Made by a program: the position numbers and the translations under genes. Below are positions 28,001-40,000 of a DNA stretch of 64,000 bases, piece after piece (position 1 is the stretch's first letter; each line of letters begins with the position of its first letter). The notes under the pieces are model-generated. The model saw nothing but the letters and a program-made list of their open reading frames with translations. It was not told where the DNA came from and ran no database searches. This stretch comes from Perna viridis. Lineage: Eukaryota. Location: contig CM074512.1 of assembly GCA_037379345.1 (NCBI GenBank), positions 16,306,001 to 16,370,000 of the forward strand, in the 5' to 3' direction.

Positions 28001-31000
28001 AATGATAACAACTTAATTAGTACTTCATTTCTGGCATGTCATTTCACACATTTTTTATCATAAAAAGGAGACCCATAATATTTAAAGCTTTTAGTCTAAA
28101 ACAATCATGAATCTTTTCCACTAGTACCACTGCCATGTATTGTGTCTGACTGGACTGAATGGAGTAAACCAGATGCTACTGGTACCAGATACAGAGTAAG
28201 ATACATGACCAGACCTGCTCTTAATGGTGGCAAAGAATGTCCAGATCTCATCCAACTTGGCAGAGGTAAAGCATTATTAACTATTTCGATCTTCTTATTA
28301 AGTGCAATAACTGATATCCATCAATTTTTCATATATATCCATGATTTAAATTTTCTTTTCTTTTTTCTGTTTTGAATGGTTAAGGCATCATTTTATATAA
28401 AATGTGAATTGTGCATGAGACAAATCACTGACACTGAAGTGTCACAGTGAGAAAACAAAAAATACTGCTCAGCCGGTAATGCAGTGTAAATTTTGTACCG
28501 AGTAGTTACCTTTAATTGGGTCTAAGTTGTAGAATTTGTAAAAACTACAAAACTGTGACAGAAATATCCTATTTAAAGAATATACATAAAACAAGATGTC
28601 AATATGAGTCAAGACTGCAGCTAATGTAGTTGCAGACTTTTCAATGATTTCAGTAGAATTTGATACAGGTCTAGTTTTGTGTTTTAAATCAAATTTGATG
28701 TAAATGTTCACTAAGATTTTATCTAAGCAAAACATGCATCATTTAAAGGTTCTTATGGATAAGTTACTAAATAAAGTTTATGTAAATGCATTTCTTGTAT
28801 ATATCAGTACCACTTCCATGTATTGTGTCCGAGTGGACTAGATGGTCAGCACCTGATGCTACAGGAACCAGGTACAGAGTTAGATATATGACCAGACCAG
28901 CTCTTAATGGTGGAAAAGAATGTCCAGATCTTATCCAACTTGGCAAAGGTGAGAAAAAAATATGTTTATTTTCATTGAAGCCCCATTTGGTTTAATGAGA
29001 AAATCAGTTTCATTTACGGAATTGGCTAGATATTATAAAATTATTTAATGCTTATCAGAAATTATAGGCATTAGGGGAATTGGTGGCATACGAATCTTTT
29101 TGTTGCTACAAGATTTAGGTCATCACTACAGAAGTTTTATGGTTGTCATCATGAACTTGATGATTGTTACGGTGTATTCATCTGCACCATGAAAACAAAT
29201 TTGTTCAAGGTTTCGCAGTTGTCCTTTCTTCTTTTGTCTACCCTGGACTTGACTTTTTATGAGCAACTCAATGGGTGTTTCTAGAAAAGCAGAGGACCCT
29301 TACCCTATTGGTGTATCTGGTCCTTGCTCCCAGTTTTTAGTGGAGTCTGAGTTGCACAATTACTTTTGTTACTTAGTATGTATTATTTTTGTATTTTATG
29401 TTCTTTGTTATGTTTGTCTGTTTTCCATGTCTGGTCTTGGTTCCCTTGATTACTCTTTGTATAAAATTTGGTCTAATATTATCATAAGGTATTGATAACG
29501 TTTAATATTAAAATGTTCTTGACCGAGAAGTGTGGGCATCACATTTTCTTGGCGCTTAACTTTAAATTCTATTTTATTCAGTCATATTTTCTGCAATATG
29601 AATAAGTCAAATTAATGTCATCTGTTTTCTTAATCCAAAGGCTTCTATCAAACATGCCCAGGTATCATAAATAATCTCAAATGGAGAATTTCCTCATATC
29701 CTTAAATTTTCCTGAAATCTTCAAATTCAAGCAATCTGATGAGTTAATTTGATTTCAAGGTGGAATTTGAAGAGAATCTTAATTTGAAAATTGTTATAAA
29801 ACCCAGAACTTTTAATTGTTGGAAGAATAATGTAATGTCTTTACATTAAAATATCTAGGTAACTGTACTGTTTGAATAATATCATTCTAGTACCACTGCC
29901 ATGTCTGATGTCTGACTGGACTAAATGGACTCAGCCTGATGCCTCAGGAACTATCTACAGATACAGGTACATGATCAGACCTGCTCTTAATGGTGGAAAA
30001 GAATGTGAAGACCTCATTCAACTGAAGAAGGGTAAATAATGCTTAAATTTACTACTGTAGATGGAGACATTTTCATGCTGTCTCCTTTTCATGGTTTTTG
30101 TGACCAATCTGCTTTTGTACAGTTTTTAATTAGTGATTGTTCTTCGAATGTATTATAATGTTCTTTAATAAAAAGTTTCATGACAGCTCAATTTTAGCCT
30201 TACCGTTTTTTACCACAAAAACTTCAAAAATTTCACAGTAAACAGTATTAATTTGTTGTGTTAAGAAATTTTGATACAGTATTTATAATCAGTTAGTATT
30301 TCCTTAATTGCTTTTTGTATTAAAAGATAAAGATCAAAGGAGTTTTCTAAGATCTATTTTAAGTCTTTTTACAATAGTTGCTTGAGCTTGTCCAACACCA
30401 ATAAGCCAATATGATTATATTCATGTTATTACATTTCAGTACCACTTCCATGTATTGTGTCTGATTGGACCACATGGTCAGCACCTGATGCTTCTGGAAC
30501 CAGATACAGAGTTAGATACATGACCAGACCTGCTCTTAATGGTGGAAAAGAATGTCCAGATCTCATCCAACTTGGCAGAGGTATCATTAGATATTTATTC
30601 TCAAAATATAAGGCTTCACATTGTTAATATGTAGGATTATTTCTTCTTTTATATGTGTTATTGAAAATCTTGGTTAAAGATGAATATGGCAGACTGGAGG
30701 CTATGTACATTAAAATAAACTTTTCAACAAGTTCATGGGCATTGTCTCTTGTGATTATAATATTATTTAGTCAGTCTTTATGTTTTGAATATTGTTTCTG
30801 AACCTTGTTCATTTACAAATATCACAGTAATTGTTTCTGTTAATGCTAGCATTCCTACTATTACAAGATGATATTGTTGATGGTTTACTTTAAATAAACA
30901 AAATCTTCAATAATCTGTTAAATCTACAGTGGTTATTTACAAGGAGGTACAAGCCTTTAGTTCTTGCATATAAGAGGAAAATGATTTTGATCAAAAACAA

Positions 31001-34000
31001 AACTTTTCCACCATTGATGAAATAAATTTTGATTTTAACTTCCTGTTTCCTAAGCTACGTATTATATTGAGACAACATTTGTTCACTGAAACAGGTTTTA
31101 CAGTGTAAAAGTATTTGTCCATTTCAGTACCATTGCCATGTATTGTGTCTGACTGGTCTGAATGGTCAGCACCTGATGCATCTGGAACCAGATACAGAGT
31201 TAGATACATGACCAGACCTGCTTTAAATAAGGGCAAAGAATGTCCAGATCTTATCCAACTCACAAAAGGTTGGTATAATGACAATATTTATAACTTAAAT
31301 TCAAGTTAGAAATTTTTTTTGTATCTAAGAAATATTTCATCTGACAAGGGTTCATTGTTGTGCTTCAAGACTTGCAGTCAAACTTTAATTGCACTTGATT
31401 TATTGAACTGTTTCAATAAGTATTTTATAATTTGTAAAATGATACTTTGTTTTGGGTTCAACACACAGAGATGACAATGATATTCAGGCTGTTAAATTCC
31501 ATAAAACCTGACAGTATTGGATTGCCTTACAGTTCTTTAGTCTTTGTAGTAGTTCAATATATCCAATTTTATACATCAAGACATCCTTGAAGTGGTTTTT
31601 ATACCACACCATACAAATTTGTAAGTTATTATGTGGAAAGTTGCATGTCCATCCATCTGTCTCTGTCACCTGTCCACCCCTTGACAGTTTCAGAGGACAT
31701 AAATTGAGAACAGATCAATGAATTTTATTTTAAACTATGCACAGTTCTTTAGTATTATGAAATACAGAATAAGTTCAATTTTCAGCAAAGTCCAAAATGT
31801 AGTGTTTGAGTAAGGTTATTTTTTGGGCATTTTGCAATATCACTTTTTTCACCATTACTTCAGGAGGTATCACTTAATGTTCCATTAATGCCCTGTTTGT
31901 TTGTATGATATAATCTATCATAAATATTTTGAAAAAGTTACAGGATAGTAATTAGAATTAAAGTTAATAGAAACAAAACCTCATTGTCTACATTGTCTAC
32001 ATTGTATCTTTTACCCAGTACCACTTCCATGTATTGTGTCTGATTGGACCACGTGGTCAGCACCTGATGCTTCTGGAACCAGATACAGAGTCAGATACAT
32101 GACCAGACCTGCTCTTAATGGTGGCAAGGAATGTCCAGATCTCATCCAACTTGGCAAAGGTAAAATGAAAGTGATCTGTTTCCAGTTCTTATCAACAATT
32201 CCTCTGAAACAGCTAAATGGACTTTGATGTAACTTTCACAGATTCTTTAGTATATGATGTGGTTGTGCACCTTCTATTTTGCTTTTCCATCTGAATGCTT
32301 AAATCACTTATTGGTTATCCTCTTTGGTTTCTGGGGTGGGAAGCAGGGGTATCATCAAACACATTTTCTAGTTGTATTATTTAAATACTGTTTCTTTTAT
32401 ATATTCAGAAAGTGTATGCAGTGTAAATTGTTTAATCAAGGTCAAAACACTTATAATGTGCAATTCTGTTCCTTTTATCTACCTCTAATACACATGTACT
32501 ACATGAAGATAAGAGACCAGCTATGAAATGAATTGGCTTAATTGACATTAAAATTTGTAAAATGCTATTTCTGATTGATTTCCTGTTTATACATTTACCT
32601 TTTAAAGTTCATACTCCATAAATAAAATTTGATGGTAATTTCAGAAGAAAATATTGTAAGAGTCTTTAAATGATTTTCATAATTTACAATTACCTTCATT
32701 TACAGTACCACTTCCATGTATTGTATCTGATTGGACTCAGTGGTCAGCACCTGATGCTTCTGGAACCAGATACAGAGTAAGATACATGACAAGACCTGCT
32801 CTAAATGGTGGCAAGGAATGTCCAGATCTCATCCAACTCACTAAAGGTACATTATTTTTGTTTGGATTTAGATTAATTTAGGTGTCACAATGATATAAGA
32901 TGTGAAACTTCTAATACCATTATAGAATTTTGAACTTGACCATTCCACTTTCACTATAAATCTAGGTAGGCTTCTGTGTGGTTTGAATAGCTCTTTAGGT
33001 AGAATTCTGTCCTATATTATTTCAGTGTGTTTAACTACCACTGAGCACCTGCCTGGTATTTTAAACAAAATCTTTAGTTTGAGTAGGTTATCATTTTTCT
33101 CTGAATTTTTAATTCTTACAAAAACATTACATTGAAAAATATATATTTGCAGTACCACTGCCATGTATTGTGTCTGACTGGACTCAGTGGTCAGCACCTG
33201 ATGCTTCTGGAACCAGATACAGAGTTAGATACATGACCAGACCAGCTCTTAATGGTGGAAAAGAATGTCCAGATCTTATTCAACTTGGTAAAGGTAAGAA
33301 GATTTTATTTTATTTCATAGGCGTTTTAATATAAAAAAGATTTTTCATGTCCATCTTGCACGTTACTGTTTCCCTGTTATAAGTATCTCCGTTAATCATA
33401 TTTTGACCATATGGTCATTTGGTTTGAGAGTTGGGGTATCTTACTTTTTTTAGTTTCCCAATACAGTTTAATGTCTATACACTACTTGAAAAGTATTCAT
33501 AAAACTAACAACATCCATGTTAATTGCACAGTACTAATGGTTTTTTCTTGTATTATAATCATGTTCCGTTGACAAAGTTTTTCTGATATTTATTTGAATA
33601 TAAAATCTATATATTTTTGTTCATTTGAGAATCTTTTCACACATCCATGGAACTGACAAGGAGAGTGTTTTCTTTCAAACAGATCATAAGGATAAAATGT
33701 ACCGATCTCTAACTTTCATCTTTTAATGAATGGATAATTTTTCACACAGTTCTTAATTTTACACCAAAGTTAAAGAGAAATATAAACAAACGCTATCTTT
33801 GTTCTTACTTCCGAATCTTTTTGATAGATAAAAGAGGAGAGTTATGGTGCAGGTTTTCAGTTGGGAAACATGTGTGGCCCACACAACAATCGAAATCTGT
33901 TTTGTAAATAAGAATATTATTTTAGCATATCTATTAAACAATTCATCGTAACATTGCACCAAGTTACTTTTTTTTGGTGACGACATGCCCACATCTGTTT

Positions 34001-37000
34001 TATCCATCTCGTTTCTTCCTTTGGTGGTTCATTGAAACTAATGAACTAGTATTTACTTTTAGATTGTAGGAAAACTTTCTTTCACTGTATACTGCTACTA
34101 AATCATTTATTAATGACTGTGTAAATCATATAAGTACGAACTACAAGTACTGTGGTTCTTTAAAACAGTGTATTTGGGTTTATTTTATTGATTCCTTGTG
34201 GGGTCCAATCACTTTGAAAAGGCTATTATATGCTTATTTGTCCATATTTTGCACATTCCCAAAAGGGGAGTTAAATCCTCTGGAAACAGCCATAGATCTG
34301 CCACTGAGTTTCCAAAAATTAAGGAGAAATTATCCAAATTACTTTCATACTTTAGTACCCTGATCATTAAAACATAAAAAAAGGCATAAGCTAAAGTAAA
34401 ACTATATAATAATTATTAGTATTCTTTCACCTTCAGTACCACTTCCATGTATTGTGTCTGACTGGTCTGAATGGTCAGCACCTGATGCTTCTGGAACCAG
34501 ATACAGAGTTAGATACATGACCAGACCTGCTCTTAATGGTGGAAAAGAATGTCCAGATCTCATACAATTGGGAAGAGGTATTTTTGATAGATTCATGATT
34601 TTGAGGTGAAATCAAGAGTAACCTCAGGTAAAGCAATTGTTACTATTTCTATATGTTGGAAAAAAAGAATATACAAATGTACATTAAAATTGTATGTTTG
34701 TCAGAATTCTCCAGATTATACAGTGTGAAATCCAAATTTTTTAAAACTAATAGAATAATAAAACATCCAGTTAATAGTATGTTGTAATAGTATTAATCTG
34801 TCAAATGAACATATTGGCATGGTATCCATTTTCACAATTTTGAGAAATTTATTAGCATTATATAGTGTTGAAAAGCAATTTTATTTGTACTATGTTTTTG
34901 TGCTTTTCTGGCTGCCAGGAAAATTGATACATCTACAGTAACTTAAATAATGAGGCCAAGCAAAGAAACTTTGAGAAAGATAGCAATGAAAACATAAAGA
35001 AACCGAATAAAAAACAAACACAAAAAATGAATGTAGTTAAGCAGGCAGGATCCATCAAAAACTAGGAACATTCTCTGGTTGTTTTTTTTTTATTTTTTGA
35101 AATACTTTTTTTTTTCAGAAATGATGGTAACTTTTTTACGTAAAATCTGTAAAACAAAGAAGCTTAAGATACTTTGTAATTTTTGGATGTAGTATTTGAA
35201 CCCTATTTCATAAAACATTTGAGATCTTTGTTTTTATGTGACATAATTGAGTTGAGGAACGAACTTTCAAAGAAAAAAAAAATGAAAGTGAGATTTTTAA
35301 TGAAACCTATTGCAAACACTGATTAGTAAATATTGACAAGGTTATGACAAAGTTTTACCAAGTCTTATCTGGCTATTGGAACTAGATTAAATATGCTTTA
35401 TATTGGTGTCTTATCATAAATTGTGTGTCATCCCAATAAATCAATCTACATAGTTTGCCTTCTAACAGATTTCTCAAACCTGCCAATTTTTCAGTACCAC
35501 TTCCATGTATTGTATCTGACTGGTCTGAATGGTCAGCACCTGATGCTTCTGGAACCAGATACAGAGTTAGGTACATGACCAGACCTGCTCTTAACAAAGG
35601 CAAAGAATGTCCAGATCTTATACAACTCACCAAGGGTAAGGATAAGCTGTTTGAGGCAGCACTAAATTTATTTTAAATTTAGCAATAAATAAAACATAAA
35701 AACCTGTCCATTGAATATTTATTTGTAGTCTGCAATATAATGTAAAGATTTAAGGCTGTATAAGTATAGAAATACAGAAAAAAATAGAAGGGAAACATTT
35801 GGGTAAGGTTGAATTAAATGTGTTGTATCAGTAGACCAACTGTTGCTTGGGGTGTTTAGGTCTTTTTATCAGGAACCCCAAGGTGACAATGGTTTTATGT
35901 TCCATCTATCCATAAGCTCATCAATTGGTATCTTTCAGTGTGCCAGTCTTTTTACACCCCTGCTTTCAGACATAGTGATATATTATTATCAAGATTTCTG
36001 TCTGTCCTTAACACTTTTGTTTTCTTATTGTGAGTTGACGATGGATGTAGCAATATACTTCTGCTATCCAAAATTGAGTCTTTTTAAAGTGGACCTTAGG
36101 TATTGCTCCAGTGACATTTTAAAGAATCAAAATGTTGGATCAACCCATGGATATTTTCTTTGTAGTGATATCTAAATGACTGAACATTTCGTTTTGAATT
36201 TTCGTTAGATAAGATGAATAATGACTGAGTTATTATAACCCTGCTTTGCAGGTGGTATATATTGAGCATAATGTCTATCCACAATTTTTTCGTTATTTTT
36301 TTCTCTGCAACTACTTTTCACACCCACTTGATAGGCTTGCAATTTCATCTGATTGGATTTTAGACTTAAATGACTTTCCTGTTTGATGACTGTTTATATT
36401 TGACCATTAGCTTATTGGGTTGGAGGAGAGGTTGTGCTTTCTTTAATAAGTTTTGCTCACAGTTGTCTTGTTTTTTATTTTTTTATTTTTTTTTTGAAAA
36501 GGTAATTATGTATTGAAATCTGTAATACTGAATCTTATTTATGTTTCATGATGTTATCATGACTCTAGATTCAATGCCATTTATATTTGTACTTTATAGT
36601 TAAACTTCCATGTATTGTATCTGAATGGACCACATGGTCAGCTCCTGATGCAACTGGAACCAGATTCAGAGTTAGATATATGACAAGACCTGCTCTTAAT
36701 GGTGGAAAAGAATGTCCAGATCTCATCCAACTTGGCAAAGGTAGTTTTAAGATACATTTACTATTTTAAGTTCATAGAAAGTGTTGTTAAAAGAAGCAAT
36801 TGTAACATTATTATAAACAGGAATATGTAGATGTGCATGAAGGAATATAGTTACTGTCTGAGGACTTCAAAGGGAGATAATGGAGCTTAAAGTCTATACA
36901 TTTTACTCCATCATTTGAAATGTGGGATATTTTTTTTGTTAGAGTAATTCTACTGGTTTTTGAGATGTTCCCAATACAATTTGTATGATCTAACAGTAGA

Positions 37001-40000
37001 ACTTCTAAAACCAAGATTTTATATATTAAAACTTTAAAGTAGTTTATCAAAGAAAAATTAGGAGACATTTCGGATAAAAATTTATAAGGAATTTACAATA
37101 AAGTTAATTTGTTTTGAATTAGAAATTTAGCTTGATGGCTAACTATGGAATTCTATTTTGATCAATATGAGGGCACATGTGGTGGATATCAGTCTTCATA
37201 TAAAACTGACGTAGAGATCATGCATTATTTGATATTAAGAAAATGAAGGTTTTGAACACTTAAATGCAAATTTCGCAATGACTTCAGATATTGTTAATGG
37301 CATCATGTTCATTACCTTTTGAAAAAAAATCACAATTTGGAGAATAAGGTACTGATATCTACATTGACTAGGTACACATTTTGAGATATACAGTCATTAT
37401 TGTCCATTTATATTTCACTATAGCATGAAATTAGTTTTGCCTTTTGCTGATGTTTGACTTGTTTTTCAGTACCACTGCCATGTATTGTGTCTGACTGGAC
37501 TGAATGGTCAGCACCTGATGCTTCTGGAACCAGATACAGAGTTAGATACATGACAAGACCTGCTCTTAATGGTGGACAAGAATGTCCAGATCTCATCCAA
37601 CTCACTAAAGGTATGTGATTACTGCATGCTTATTTAATGTACTAGTATGTACTCAATACAAACATTTTTTTTTCTCCATTTGCTTGTAGATGAAATATTT
37701 AGTGTTACTACTCCAAAGATAGAATATTTAAATGTAACTACTCTGAAGATAGAATTAAGAGGTTTTTAACTAACTTTTAGGATGAAGTTTTGAATTAGTA
37801 TTTACATGGTTAAATTTAAATCAACGCTTTTGGTCATATTTTAATGCCAATTTTGATTCGACAAATTTTACAGGAGTTATGGGACTTACACATTTTTTGG
37901 AGCTGCAGTGGACATATGGCTACATGTAGCAATCTTGTTTTATTAGCATATTTACCAACAGTTCTAGTTGAATCCAATTCAAATGACTTGTGATATAAAA
38001 GCTGTAATACATCATCAAAATTTCTTTTATTGCCAAAGTAAAATGTACAACAATTTAGAATGCCTTTTGTAACATATTTTTCATTTCCTTGTCAGTTAAA
38101 CTACCATGTATTGTATCTGAATGGACAAGATGGTCAGCACCTGATGCTTCTGGAACCAGATACAGAGTTAGATACATGACAAGACCTGCTCTTAATGGTG
38201 GTAAAGAATGTCCAGATCTCATCCAACTTGGCAAAGGTATGCATGATTATTTATTATGATAATTTTAGTAGTTAATTCAAAAAATGCTTTGTATATTGAT
38301 CTGTTAATCATTTAAAGTCCTCAAACCTAGATAGATAATTGCAGTCCTTGCTAGAAATACTAGTTACTCACATTTCTTGGTTTTTTTATCTGCCTTGCAG
38401 TTTTTAACAGTAATCTACATTATAGTATCAGCTTCAGGTAGATTATACATAATATTTTTGTTGTAATCGCAACTCTTCCGAAACCCCTCAAGGGATCGTG
38501 ATGAGATTTTATAGGAAAGTTGGGTATAATATGTAGATGTGCATAAAGGAATTTAATTACTGTTTGATGATTCCAAAGGGAGATGATCCAAATTAAGTGT
38601 TTTACATGTAATTTTATATAATGGTTGGGTATCAGGTGTAGGTATGTATGAAGGAATGTAATTACTGTTTGAGCACTTGAAAGGGAGGTAATCCAACCAG
38701 TGATTTACATTGAAGTCCTTTTGATGAGTGTGTATTCTCTTAGTGTGCCTGATCACAGTATTTCTAATTAGTCTATATATACTTTCTTGTTTTTCTTATT
38801 TAAAAAAAAAAATGGGAGTCATCAAAATTATTTCCGTGTTTGCAGAAATTGAAATTACCTATACATTTCAATGAGAAAAAAAAGCCTGTCAGTTCTTTCC
38901 ACATTGAAAGCTTTTTTTCAAAATAATTTTTGTGAGTTTGCAAATTAAGTTCTTTTGACAAAACATTGCCTGTCCAAAATGTGAATTTATTAACAGAGTT
39001 TAAAGATGCTTGGAAATATCTATGATCATTAAAACATAAAAAAACGCATAATCTTAATTAAAACTATATTATAATTATTAGTATTCTTTCACCTTCAGTA
39101 CCACTTCCATGTATTGTGTCTGACTGGTCCGAATGGTCAGCGCCTGATGCTTCTGGAACCAGATACAGAGTTAGATACATGACAAGACCTGCCCTTAATG
39201 GTGGTGAAGAATGTCCAGATCTCATCCAACTTGGCAAAGGTATCCATGATTAATTATTATAATAATTTTAGTCGTTAATAAAAAAAAAATGCTTTGTATA
39301 TGGATCTGGTAATCATTCAAAGTCCTCAAAGTTCTTAATGGTGGCAAAGAATCTCCAGATCTAATCCAACTTATCAAAGGTAAATTTGTTTGTTTGACAA
39401 TAGCAAAAAATTAGATTTCTTTAATGGTCAGTCTCATAAATAGCTTGGTTTCCAAGTTGTATTGTGATTGGTCAAAACAAAGAAGGTTTTTAGTGCGTGA
39501 AAAGGTTGTTGTTTTTTTATACCCCTACTTGAAAAGTGGAGGGTGTATAGTGATGGAGGTGTCTGTCCATCCTTCCATCCTTTTGTCAATCTTTCTATTA
39601 AACGAAGGGGACCCATCTCTTATCTGTTACTCCTCCTAAACGGAGTTAAATGAAACTTTCACAGAATATTTGTTATATGTTCCCTTTGTGCACCTCCTAT
39701 TTTAGATTTTGATCTGAATGAATTTTGAGGTTTCACATAACAAAACATTGACTTTGTCATTTGTTAATATGGGGACGTGGGGACCTTTCTATTATCCTTC
39801 ACTCCTCCTATACCACTGAGTGGAATTAAATGAAACTCTGAAAGAATCTTTATGACGTGTTCCCATTGTGCGCAACCTATTTTAGATTTTGATCCAAAAC
39901 CAATCTGAGTGTTTTACATAACAAAACATGGACTTCATCATTTGTGAATATGGGGACCTGGGAGACCAATCACTTATCCATTACTCCTCCTATACCACTG

